A DNA stretch of 64,000 bases, the filler included, from Dirinaria sp. TL-2023a (Eukaryota), in assembly GCA_051941275.1 (NCBI GenBank). It is 4 parts of 4 records of this genome, joined end to end, with 100 filler letters (N's around TTAATTAATTAA, not from the genome) between each part and the next. Parts side by side here need not be neighbours in the genome. Positions count along the whole stretch, not along the records: positions 1 to 16,280 come from JAVEBF010000498.1; positions 16,381 to 32,606 come from JAVEBF010000499.1; 2 more parts are not named here. One strand, 5' to 3'. The number at the start of each line of letters is the position of its first letter. The first letter of the stretch is position 1. Made by a program: the position numbers and the translations under genes. Of the stretch, positions 13,757 through 25,666 are shown in pieces. The notes beneath the pieces were generated by a model, which did not search any database, had not been told where the DNA came from, and saw only the letters and a program-made list of their open reading frames with translations.

Positions 13757-15304
13757 ATGGATGCGTCTGCCACAGCAGCGGGATGGCTTTCCTTCATAGC
13801 TACTGCTGTCGGGCTGGGATCACTCATAACCCAAGCGAGCGCAATAGAGGAACGGTTGGATCCCTTCTATTCCTCTCGAACTCCAGAACACCTCGGCAGC
13901 TGGTACCGTCGACAACCTAGAAAGCCATGGCATCGGCTCCGCAAAGAACCACCGATCGGGCCCGTCATCTCTGCCAGTCTGAAAGATGGCTTCTGCGGTC
14001 ATGCGATCGTTGATATCAGTCAGATTCCCCTGCAGAAACCTGGAAAAGCGAGTTGGACTTCGATGCTGTCAATGGTCCACGAGACAAACGAGTGGCAGTC
14101 GCCCAAATATCGCAACTGGCTGGCAAATGTTAAACCGCGTTTCGCGATCGAAGATGCCGAAAGGGTCCGGCTCAACTCGATGAAGTATGCTGAGGAACCC
14201 AATTATAACTATGATCTTCCACCACCATGGGATACACTGCCCACTCAATATCTCTGTCGAAATGGCTCTTCTTGCTACATCGGTATTTCGCGAACATCAT
14301 TGATCACGCTCCTGGCCATGGTCAATGGCCGGGTCATGTACCACTATAGCGAAGCCAGTGGTCACCGCGCGGCCTACGCGTCTTACTGCGGCCACTTCTA
14401 CATCAACTGGCCCCTTGGCCAAGAGGCCGTCGTGACTCACTTTCCCCACGACGCTCACGTCTGTGCAACAGATATCTACCCTTTAAAATTCCAAGTCAGG
14501 GTCGCGAAGTGTGTTGAGATGCTCACTGGCGTCATCACATCTTCGGATGGTCAATCCTTCAAATGCGGGTTTCCAGGCCGCAAAGCTCCAGGGACCTGGA
14601 TCTTGCAGTACCAACGTAAAAGCTTTGCAGGTGCGCACGGTGCTCGGCATTTATATAATCTGATGGGTGGCAATATATTCGATGTCGATTATCTACATGC
14701 TCGCATGTATCAGAAAGATAGTGATTCTCCAGCAAAATCCGAGTGCGTGCTGCTCGAACTTCCGAGCCGTGAAACGAATAAAACTGTTACATTATACGTC
14801 CCGAAACAAGAAGAAGAAATCATCGTGTACTCGCTTGACTGTCTCCCTTGGTCAGCGCTCTCTTGGTCTATGCACCGCGGGTTACGCGATATTCTCCTCG
14901 CCTACGGCAAACCTACCATGGACAAGTTCCGTCCAGTACTTGCGTCAGCGTTGTATTCCGCCGTCCAACAACATCATGATCAACTCCAAGCGAAAGGTTG
15001 GTCCTCGGCTTTCTTCGAGCGGATGGCCGATCTCGCTTCGAACTCTGTCCTGGCGGGCGATGGGAATTCCGGCGATTCAGTAAGGGTGGTCACAGACGCT
15101 GCCCTGCTACTGTGGCAGTCGTCCAATCCCGCGCAGCTGGATGAGACGGTCTTCTGGAGAGAAGGGCGGCATGGCATGATGCCTGATATTCCGTTGGACA
15201 TCGATGGAATTCTGGCCTTGACCAAATTCTTTGTGATCGAGTGGAGCCAGGAACTGGATTATCAGATGTATCATGACTTACCGCCGCAGCTCCTTTTTTC
15301 GTAG
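13757..15304 (+). CDS. Hypothetical protein, 515 aa, intronless
   Basis: Long uninterrupted ORF with a hydrophobic N-terminal helix. No family recognised. Confidence 0.8.
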   Translation: MDASATAAGWLSFIATAVGLGSLITQASAIEERLDPFYSSRTPEHLGSWYRRQPRKPWHRLRKEPPIGPVISASLKDGFCGHAIVDISQIPLQKPGKASWTSMLSMVHETNEWQSPKYRNWLANVKPRFAIEDAERVRLNSMKYAEEPNYNYDLPPPWDTLPTQYLCRNGSSCYIGISRTSLITLLAMVNGRVMYHYSEASGHRAAYASYCGHFYINWPLGQEAVVTHFPHDAHVCATDIYPLKFQVRVAKCVEMLTGVITSSDGQSFKCGFPGRKAPGTWILQYQRKSFAGAHGARHLYNLMGGNIFDVDYLHARMYQKDSDSPAKSECVLLELPSRETNKTVTLYVPKQEEEIIVYSLDCLPWSALSWSMHRGLRDILLAYGKPTMDKFRPVLASALYSAVQQHHDQLQAKGWSSAFFERMADLASNSVLAGDGNSGDSVRVVTDAALLLWQSSNPAQLDETVFWREGRHGMMPDIPLDIDGILALTKFFVIEWSQELDYQMYHDLPPQLLFS

Positions 15305-16280
15305 CAGGACAAAAAAAATACTTCATATATCTATCATCTAAATACTTACATTTAGTAAAGGCTGTATATAGCGCGGAGGGTCTAAGTACCTGAATCGATG
15401 GACAATATTACATTCAAACGACCGCGTCCTTTCGCGAGAACTTTTGATTAGCAACGAGCTCCATCTGCAAGATGTCCAACATCCCGCGGCCAGTACTACG
15501 GAGCATCCGAGATCGCCCTCCAAGCGCTCAAAAATGAACAAGTTTCTCGACTAATTCGTAGCACGAGAGAAGACCCATATCCTGACTTAGAGCTGATTCC
15601 ATCACCAGGCTAGCTTTAGCATATCGACTCACAGCCGTCAGCCGATCTTTTGTGAGCGCGAGCCAGATACTGGGCTTATTATTGCTCCTTAACGATCCAA
15701 CCTACAACTTTCAGCGGCGGCACAGTACTCTGCTGATGATTTCCGTTATCACTGCCGTCATCTGCCTTAATGACTTCTTTGCAAAGGAATTTGCCTCACA
15801 TCTGAGAATCGATGTTGACCTTGCACATAGCTAGGTTATTTGCTCTTATCATCCGCCTCTGGAGTCTTGCTCCTCGAACTCTGGGCAAAATTATCTCCAT
15901 CAAATTCCAGAACAAGCGTTGGCCTAGCCTAGTGTTTGCCATGAGTTATCAGCGCTGTCTCTAGTCCATCTATAGTTTTGAATTCATGCTTCTCCATTAC
16001 TCATATCGAAGACGCGTTCAGTACGTCTACTAGCCAACCATACACACACGTTTTCTACAACCAGTGTCACGGTAGAACCGCGACCATAACGATCATCATA
16101 AATGTTATGAATCTCTGCCATACCGTGAATAATGTTGCACCTAGCTCTACGCCACTGCAAGTCATAAAATATTCCCTATCTTTGTTCTTCAATCATATAG
16201 ATATTTCATACTCGCAATACTTCGCCTCTTCGGGATACCTGAACCCTTTCCTAGGTCAAACCTTCAACGCTATCTTTGCC

Positions 16281-16380
16281 NNNNNNNNNNNNNNNNNNNN
16301 NNNNNNNNNNNNNNNNNNNNNNNNTTAATTAATTAANNNNNNNNNNNNNNNNNNNNNNNNNNNNNNNNNNNNNNNNNNNN
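16281..16380. other. Artificial contig-joining spacer
   Basis: N44 + TTAATTAATTAA (stops in all six frames) + N44. Confidence 0.99.
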
Positions 16381-17083
16381 CCATCACCCTCACCTTCCCC
16401 GTCACCATCCTCTGCCCCTTCATCAGGCTCAGGCTCAGGCTCAGGCTCAAGTGACGGCTCCCCCCCATCCGGCTCCAGTTCCATCCTCAGCACGATCAAC
16501 TACTGGCGCACCGAATACGGCTTGTCGACACTGGTCTGGAACAGCACGCTGCAGTCCGCGGCCGAAAACACAGGCAGTCTGGATGGGGGATCGGCATCGA
16601 ACGAAGTCCACCACCCTCCTCCCGTGACCCCGGGCCACGGCATCGGCGAGGTTATCAGCCCCGGCAGCGACAACGACGGCGGCGGGAAATGGAACCTGCA
16701 GGGGCATTCGTTCTTTGAACTTGCGTATCTGGGGTGGCTGTGCGAAGGGCCGCCGTCGCGGTTGGGCAGCAATGGGCAGCAGCTGTGTGATTTGCTTCAG
16801 CAGGTTGATCCCGGTGATACTTAGTGAGTGTTCATCCCTTCCCCCCCTTCTTATCTTTCCTATTCTTCCTTTTAACCCCTTCAATTTTTCGAATTGTGTA
16901 TATCTGCGATGCAAAGAAACTATACTAATAACAATCCACAGTGAACTCACGGAAACCGGCCACTACGAGATCCTGACGACGCCGCAATACACGGACATCG
17001 GCTGCGCGTACACAAAGAATCCCAACGCGGACATGACATGGTATTACCAGCAGGGCCTGTGGGTCTGCGACCTTTCCTACTAA
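16381..17083 (+). CDS. CAP/SCP (PR-1-like) domain protein, 5' truncated by contig end
   Basis: P/S/G-rich linker, then ILSTINYWRTEYGLSTLVWNSTLQSAA. Intron 16824-16941, then GHYEILTTPQYTDIGCAY..WVCDLSY*. Confidence 0.78.
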
Positions 17084-18612
17084 AGATGCCCCCTTTTTAA
17101 ATTTTGTATGTACTTTTGTTTTGGGGGGAGGGGGACTTGACTTCCATTCTGTTCGCTTTAGGGCAGGGCTGTCTGTCAGCCCTAGGTTGTTCATGCTGCC
17201 GAGCAGCTAGGGACATGTTTTTGTATATAAAACCTATTCTTCTACGCAAAGTGCCCGCTGGGCCCTTCCCTGTACGAAAGAAGATATTCCTCCGCAAATT
17301 AAGCCTCGGTTCACAAGACAGGGGTTTCATCGCACACCGTGTGTAAGGAAACGGTCAATGTATTTCGAGACCTTGAAGTACATTCCTTCTCTACCCCTCC
17401 ATGCGCAGTCTCTGTACCCGGCATCTTTAGAGTACCTAGCCGGTGGCTTAGCGGTCTCCTATCTGGTTAGATGAGGGATATCTATTAACCTTACCCCTGG
17501 CCGCAAAGGAGTCGTTCAATGGATGTTCTAATTCCAGACAATTCTTCCGTTGGACGTCGTTACTGATCTATCCACTAACTGATGCTGAAATAAATTTGGC
17601 ATTTCAAGGATATTTCTCTCGTCGCGAGACTTCAGCTGCTCGGATTGAGGCTTCAGAGGATCGAAACTTCGGTTTCTTTCCTTCAGGATTTTTTTTTTAG
17701 TAGTCATACGTATGCGGATATATGTCCTTATACTCCTATAAGCCGGATTCCACGAATTGCTGTAGAAGTACAGTGTTCCTCTTTTTTTTCTTCTAAAACA
17801 TTTTCTGCGTGGTAGCTTGAGATATTCTTGAAGCATGGTTTTTATTTTATTATTGAGTATGGAGTCCAAAGAAAATTATGGGACAGATATCTGAGTCCTT
17901 GATAGGTAAGGTAAGATATTGTCTCGGCTGAAGAATTAGGATTCATGCGCTCGCAAAAGAAAAAAAAAAATTCGAAGGATCAGACCCTAGGCGATAGATA
18001 CTTGAGCATGGCAGATAAGACTATGTACCTTGAGATCCAAATACAAGGGTGAAAAGCACATAGGTGACACTGTGGAGAAAGAAGTTTCGATCGCGGATTC
18101 CTATTCTTGGCGCAGGAGACTGGGAACCGATCAAGAAGATCTTGGGAGAAGACGGGAGCTCGGGCACTGGGTAGGATCCTTAGATGATTAAGGATTTTGG
18201 TTGATGGAGGCGGGGAAGAGCTCATGGTGTTGTGTTTTTTGCTGCTAATGTTTGGAAGGAGACGTGGGTCTTATATATATGACTTACAGATAGCTGCGGC
18301 ATGAAGGCTCCCGGATTGAGACGTCCTATCTCTGAACATAAGCTATGGTCGTGGTTTTGGGGTAGCCTAGCCATATCCTTATTAAGAGGAACCACCGTTG
18401 GTAGACCAATTAGTGCTGCAAATACATAGGTTCTTCTTCCGAGGGAGGTTCTGTGCCTGTTGATGTTCATAACTCAAGGTGTGGCTTTAGTCCCCCAAGA
18501 CTGAATTTGCGTGATGATTATCTTGGCATCAGCCCTCGTGCTCAGTACTAGATAGACTTAATATGGTAAATTGCAGTATTTTGCTTGACATGTATCAGTG
18601 TCCAATGCTACC

Positions 18613-19439
18613 TCAATGATCGTCCCTCTTCAGCCAAGCTGCGGAAGCGTCATACAGTGTCTCCAAAGCGGGCTCCGCCGCAATCGCTCGCTGATAGAGA
18701 TCCTCATGTATGCGCCTCACGAAATGTATCATCCCAAGCACGATGAAATCGGCATACGATACCGTAGTGCCCAGCAGAAACGGCCCACCTTTGGCCCTCA
18801 GCAGAGCGCCAAGCTGCTGCAGCGCCGGCTCGGCCTGCTTCCACGCGGCTTCCCCTCCCTTCTCCTTCTCCACCTGCGCCAGCGACATGCCGAAGCTTTC
18901 CTTCTTCGTCCTTTCGAAATATTCGACTGATGCCGGATTGAGCAACGCGGCCGGTACTTTGGGCAGCAACTCAGGCCTTAGCGACTGGAAACCTGTGATA
19001 ACGATTTTCTCGATCTGCGCCAGCTCTGGGGCATCGAGGTGGAAGGACGGTTCTGGGAAACGTTTCTCCAGCTCTGTGGCTATCTTGCGAGAGTCCATCA
19101 TGGAGGTGCCGTCTGCGAAACGGATGGCTGGGATCGTGTATTGCGTTCCCTCAGGATTCGGATCCAGGCCAAGCGACTGCAATGTGGGTGCAATATCAGG
19201 GTATTCAACCCACTGAGTGGTGTAGGGAACGCCTTTGTAGTTCAATGCCAGTCGCGCTGTTACCGATCAGTGGGAACCAATGGAGATTCGGGCACATGGG
19301 ACAGATTTACTCTTCCATGGGCTTCAGCTGTTAGCTCAAGTCTCGTGCACACTGCCGGTTGGGGTGCGGTTCCTTACTTTAGCGTCCAGCAGGCACGACG
19401 GCCCTTGCTGGGTATATCATACAAGGTGATATCAGCCAT
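18613..19439 (-). CDS. Glutathione S-transferase (fungal GST-FuA-like)
   Basis: MADITLYDIPSK..CWTLN|PWK|TRLALNYKGVPYTTQWVEYPDI, YTIPAI, DSRKIA and GPFLLGTTVSYADF. Includes an 11-nt micro-exon at 19311-19321. Confidence 0.9.
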
Positions 19440-20305
19440 ACTAGCTTTCTGGGCCGAGGTAGTTTCACTCCGGATGGTGATAGGAAGAAGTCGCACTTCT
19501 TTTATAGGCCTTTAGAGGTAATCAATGGTGCGACCGACTGATATAAGAATGTCTGTCAGCGCGATGCTAAGGAAGAGACATGATTAATAATTGCTCCAAG
19601 CACGGTGAGATCAGAGCGGGGAAGAGGCACTTCAATGCCGAGGAGTCCTATCGCTGCGAGCAATACTTCAGAAGCTCACTAATTGTGTGCATGTAATAGC
19701 CTCAGATTGCGGTCCACGGCTGGCGTTTCCAGAGCCTACATACCTACTTCGTTCAGCGTCTCGGATGGTTGAACAATCTGAACATCAATCAATGGAAAGG
19801 CTTTGGTCTTTTTTCTTACACCAGTATTCATCACCTAGAGACAAGATGAATGCTAGAGTTACATGTGAACGCTGATCGATATACACTCCTTCTAGATAGA
19901 TACTAGTATCTATCCCAGCATCAGTATTGTGGGTGCTACAATATGAGCTGATGCAAAGCTCGCAAACATGTCCGAAAGAAGCTTAAGCGGATGACCGGGA
20001 CCTGCAGGCTAATGTAAGTACTCGTACTCCCTCACCCCGTAGACGGAGGTGTAGAAATGGGGGATTTCAAAGGGAAGATTTTACTTCAATGATGCCAGCC
20101 AGAATTTAAACAGTCCTGAAAGTTGCACATCTCCACAATGATGGTCGTAGTTCATACTATATTACAAAAGAGCCTCATTGAACATAATCTAAAGCTATTA
20201 TTACGTTGTCTTGAAGTAAAACGCTCCATGAATTTACCTTATGTGCCCGGCAAATTGCGACACTGAAGTGCAACTCTACCATATTCCTAAGCCAACGCCA
20301 TCACT

Positions 20306-21313
20306 TCATTTCGGGTAAGCACTAGTCCCATATTCGAATTCGGATGGTCGCACTTCCCCCCGAAAGTTCGTGACCGGACTGAGCTCCGATCCCGGTTGTG
20401 AAGTCTTCAGGCGTCGGAGAATAGAGTATATCTCGCTGGGGTGTATGAAGTTAAGGAGTACCATAACCCCTAGCATCAACACGGCATCAAAGATGTACAG
20501 AAAAACTTCATGGCCCAGGAGATAGCCATCGTTGCCTTGCTGGTACTCCACGACCCTGAAAACGGATCGAACCAGAATAAAAACGCTCCCGCCGTATAGA
20601 GCCCACATGTGGCGCTTCCAAGGTATTTCTGGAGATTCTGATCGACCGGTCGGCCGTCTGTTGATACGGATATTGAAGACTGCCCCGACGGCCACGAAGA
20701 AACCGAAGAAGAGTATTTGGACTACTAATCCGCCGACGACGATGTGCTGACCGGTTCGTATGGACGAACTCTTCTTTTCAGCCATGAGGCCACCACCTAA
20801 GCTTATCAATTGACGTGTTCCAAAAGATGATCAGTCCATTTCATACCGCCGGCCTGCATCAGAAAAGACAAGATGTCACCCATGACGAAGATCTTGGTCA
20901 ACCAACTTTGTTTAATTATGGAGTGTCGTTCTCCATCCGTCACCAGGATGATGCGGCCAAGTTCCATATAGATGCTCGCAGCGAACAGAGCCGGCGCTAC
21001 CAAGACAAGAATGGTGTCGATGATGTATGGCCCGAGGGTCCAGTTGGGGCTTTGCTTGCAACTCACACCACGAGCGGCATACCCGACCACTTCAACTGTA
21101 CCGAGTCAGCGCTAGTCGTTGTCATGGTTCCTCGGAGAACTAACAAATGCCTCCGATAACGAAAGGGACCATGATCCAGGTCCGGGTTCGGAAAAGCTGA
21201 AGAATATGCCATACCGTCGAAACCGCGAAAAGGATGACAAAAATGACTGCCGCAGCTAGTGAAGGATCATAGTGGAAATATCTGAAATCAGAGTTTGGGT
21301 TGGAGTCCGGCAT
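20306..21313 (-). CDS. RTA1-like (lipid-translocating exporter family) 7-TM protein
   Basis: YDPSLAAAVIF, LVAPALFAASIYMELGRII, LTKIFVMGDILSFLMQAG, LVRSVFRVVEY and HEVFLYIFDA. Two introns. Confidence 0.93.
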
Positions 21314-22429
21314 ACTGAGCAATAATGCCAACGATCAAGTCAATCTCTTGAACGAACATGAAAAGCTCCGACCTTATGATTGAAGTGTCGTGATGGAAGT
21401 GTCGTGATGTTTTAGGGACGAAGAGAAGAGAATTTCGAGGGAGACTCCTGACTTCCATTTTGAAAAGTTATTATCATTTTCGGAGTGCAGCCGCGTCACC
21501 GTCGCCTCATTGCCTGAGTGAGTGAGTGATCAGCAAAGGCTCAGCCTTTCCGAGACCTGTCTCGTACGCCATGCCTATTACGGTCGAGCATCGCCCCTGC
21601 TAGCGGCCGTTAATGCTTGGCAGGGGCTAATAATTACCTTAACTTCTGCTTGAGTGCCACTTGCGCGAAACATGGAGACTACATGTAGAGAGACTGACGT
21701 CCCCATTATTATTTATGGTCTCATAGAAACAATGATAATTGGAACAGTGGAAGAAGCAGTAGTCATACGTAATGTGACCTGGCCCGATTGTTGTAGGAGA
21801 TTCCGCGACGTTCAGGCTCAGCTCTGATCTCAAGCTCTCCAACGGAAAGAACGATCAAAAATACGCTGCAATAACTTACATTACTTACCTTATCTAGATA
21901 CGACAGCTTACCTAAGCATCGACGCGTCCTGCTTTTCCAATCCGAATGTGCATTGCCCTGAAGGGGCAACAGCCACCCCTGTACCAAGTACCGGATGGAC
22001 ATGGTCATCAGGTAGAGCGGTGTAAAGGGGCATCAATACTACATTTACAGTTGAATTCAGGGGTAAGTCAGAGCCTCACCTACCCAATTGGCAGTCCTCG
22101 CAAAATATACATAGGGAGAAAACCATCCCCAATATGTACTTTGAGGACATGCTCGTTAATTTCCATACATACGAGTACAGCCAACCTCGGCAACGAGGCT
22201 CGGGTTATTAATTAAAACAGCTGCCTGAGCTCCTTGAACCGGTCGTTAACTTGGTGGTATCAGAATGCGCTATACGTGCATTTGCATGCCGCTAAAGTTC
22301 GCTTCATCGTACGAGAGATAATGAGGCTCTCCCGTTGTAGAATCACTGGCAGTTATTATCGCACTACGGCGCTCCCACAGACGCCAGCGTCAAGTAGCCC
22401 GCAGAAGCTTCTCTCGCAAACTTTGCACG

Positions 22430-23786
22430 ATGCCGTCTCGGCGTCTGCATCAGAAAACACGCCACGGATGTCCTCAGTGCAAGCAGAGGAGAGTCAAGGT
22501 CAGTAACTGCTGCCTACCTTACTGTATGATCCGTTGCATCAGCACAACCATCTGTTCTTGCGACCCAATACGACGTCTGGCGTTGCATCTCTCTCTACCA
22601 ACCTGAAGCTCACTCGGTCCAGTGTGATGCTATAAGACCACAATGTGGAAACTGCCGGCGTCGTGGCTCACGATGCGGCTTCCTAGAAGACTTAGAGAGC
22701 GGCTCCATCAATCTCGCACACGTTAAGCAAGATTTAGTGCAAGTTTCCACGCGAAATGTTGTTCCTGTATCACACTCCGCGGTATTTCCTGAGGACCTGA
22801 TGTTCTCAGAATGCTCGCCGCTAACCATCGAGCCACCACCGCCAACCCCAATATCTTGGCTGACCCACCAGGAATTCAATCTCTTCCATCACTACTCATC
22901 GTCCACCGCCCCCTCGATGTCGGATGTGGCGCACATCCGCCAAGTATGGCAAGCGGTTGTGCCGCGGGAGGCTCTATCTTATAATTTCTTAGTGCACGGG
23001 CTAGTGGCTTTCGCCGCCATCCATGTGGCCAACACCTGTCCCGCGGACGGCCCTTTCTACACAAGTCTGGCACTTTCGCATCGCCAGCGCGCTCTCCAAT
23101 CGGCTTTAGCCCCTTTGAACCACATCACGCCGGCCAACTGCCACGCGCTGTTTGCCTTCGCGGGCGTCACCGCGTTTTCAACGTTTACCGTGTACAGCTC
23201 CGAAACTTCGCCATTGGATGTCATGTTGGATTTCTTCCCCGTCGTTCGAGGCACCAAGACCGTGCTGCGGAGCGCCTTGGAATGGATATCGCACGGGGCC
23301 CTGCACCCGCTGATAGAGCGGCAATGGGACGAGTGGAAGATCGACGCAGCATCCTCCCCATCTGCTTTGACACCGGAAGTCAAAGTACGTCTGTGTGAGC
23401 TGGAGAAGCTCAATTGCCGCACGGCGCGCGACGAAGAAGAACACGAATCCTTCGCCGTCGCCATCCAGAGACTGATCGACGCGTACGAGACTTACAAATA
23501 TATCGTAGGGGATAGAAGCCTCGTGTTTGTCTGGACAGTTGTTGTCCCCAATGAGTTTGTCGCCGCGCTCCAGTCTCGCAAGCCGATGGCGCTGGTCATA
23601 CTGGCGCACTATGGAGTATTGATTCACAGCGTGGGTGAGCAATGGTGGGCCAGAGGCAGAGGCGCGGGGCTCGTTGAAGCGATACATCTAGAGCTTCCGA
23701 CGGAATGGAAAGACGCAGTTTCTTGGCCACTGCGGGTCGTTCGAGACGAAAAGCCATTGAAGATGGCACATCCGCAGGCACGGTAG
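22430..23786 (+). CDS. Zn(II)2Cys6 transcription factor (Upc2-like architecture)
   Basis: MPSRRLHQKTRHGCPQCKQRRVK|CDAIRPQCGNCRRRGSRC across intron 22499-22622. C-terminal LFHHY..VWQAVVPREA..PMALVILAHY..WW block. Confidence 0.92.
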
Positions 23787-25666
23787 CAGACGAGAAACCT
23801 CTTGAGTGATATGCGCAGCTGAAATTAAGCTGGCAATGACATGGCGTTGAAGCATGACATAGTGCACTATGCATCTCTAGCAAGATGACGATGATTAGAC
23901 AATAGAACTTGATTACGCTGACGAAGATAAATCTTGACCAGGCGCAGGGAAAGACAAATCTTGCCACGCTAAAGGAAACCCAAGGAACTTCCGGTCTGAC
24001 CAGCCCCATTGAAATACAGAGAACACAGTTACCAGCCTCCTACCTCGCCGCAAACCCGCATTTCATCTCCTGATCCAATCTTCAATCGTACAGTATCACT
24101 TTTAGGAAGCTATCAATACCTCACTATTGACCATGTACGTATCGTCCTTCCAGATGGAAAAAGAGGTATGAAGGGAAAATGAAAAGAGCGAAAGACGGAT
24201 TCACGTCCAAAGCAAAAAAAGAATCCCCCGAACATTTCGATGCTATCCCTAGATAAGTAAATAAATCCTGGCTGCGAAGCACGAGTACGCCAAGACAAGG
24301 AGACAATCCTGTGGGACTTCCAGGGTGGCTTTCATGCAATTCCTCCACCACTAACGTCCAATTCTCTCTCCTGACCTCATTCTCCCCTTTCCTCCGTCCG
24401 AAACATCGCCCTTCTCCATACGGTACATAGCTCGATACCTTACCATAATTTCCTCACGAATACGGCCTGTGCCACTAGTGATATTGACTGAAAAAAATCA
24501 TCCGACAGACCACCTCATCTAAGCATTTATTATAGAAAATATCAACCCTAGGTCCTTTAGGACTTAGCATTGCTGAAAGCTGACTGTCGTCATTCCTTAT
24601 CGCCGACCTGCAAAGCTCTTCTCATCACTCAACGTTGTGGTGCCTTGCACCGCAAGGGCGAAGGTGTCTACTGTCTAGACACCTGCGATGTCACCTCATG
24701 AAAATCAATATTAACCTCATCAAAGATCAACAATACTACCTCGGATGCGCATTTGACAGCGCTTCTTATGCAAAACATCTATCCCGAGAAGTATAGATAG
24801 AAGCATAGAAATTTTCAGACACGATGCGCAGCAACATCATCGATCATCTTTCCACAACGAGATACACAACAGTCCTCTTACCGAAATCCCAAAATGAACA
24901 TATCAATCTCATCAGCCCCTTTCTTGAACGTCCACAACTACCTTACTTGCATGGTCCCACTCCGAAAGCACGCTTTCCCCCACTCGCACACTCACTCACT
25001 CACTTACTGCAGGTATCAGGTCGTTGCGCCTTTGCTTTAGATGGCATGCATGATTTTGAGGTATCTTTTTTTAGATACTTGCTAGATAGATCCCGAGATC
25101 ATTAAAATCCCATCAACCACCCCGACTCACACATCAAGTGCACATTGGAGTCCCAGCTAGCTATAACAAACTCATAACCTATCCAAAAAAAGGCGCATTT
25201 TGTGAAACCATTTTTTGATAGTACGATTTACCGTCCCGTCAAGTACGCGTGGATGGTGCGAGGTGGTTTGAAATTTTTTTCTTTAGGGAGGAGGGTGAGG
25301 GGGTTAGAATTACTTTCCCCTCTAAACAACCTTTTTTTTTTTAAAAAAAAAAGAGGGGGGGAAGGGCAGGTTTAGAGCTTTGGTTAAGAGTATGAGAACG
25401 GAAAAGATGAACAAAAAAAAAAGAGGGGGGGAAAAAAAAAACAGGAGCGTTCGTAATAGGACGGAAGTCCTTTATTTGTAAGGTAGAATGAAAGCACTAC
25501 TACCAGGGCAGTACATAGTAGTTCATACCAAACCTATCCCATCCTACCTTCAGTCCCTCACCTTCCCAAACCGTACCATCTCTCTCTGATCTATTCGTCC
25601 GCATTAAATCTCAAATTCCTTAAAACCCCTCTCAACTCTGCAGCTGACGCTCACATACTTATTATC

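Noticed and set aside
16325..16336. TTAATTAATTAA palindrome recurring three times, and ORFs running into N blocks
   Set aside because: Synthetic six-frame stop linker, not biological.
8974..23786. Apparent sterol cluster (ERG27, CAP, RTA1, Upc2-like TF)
   Set aside because: ERG27 is on a different contig, so the adjacency is an artefact.
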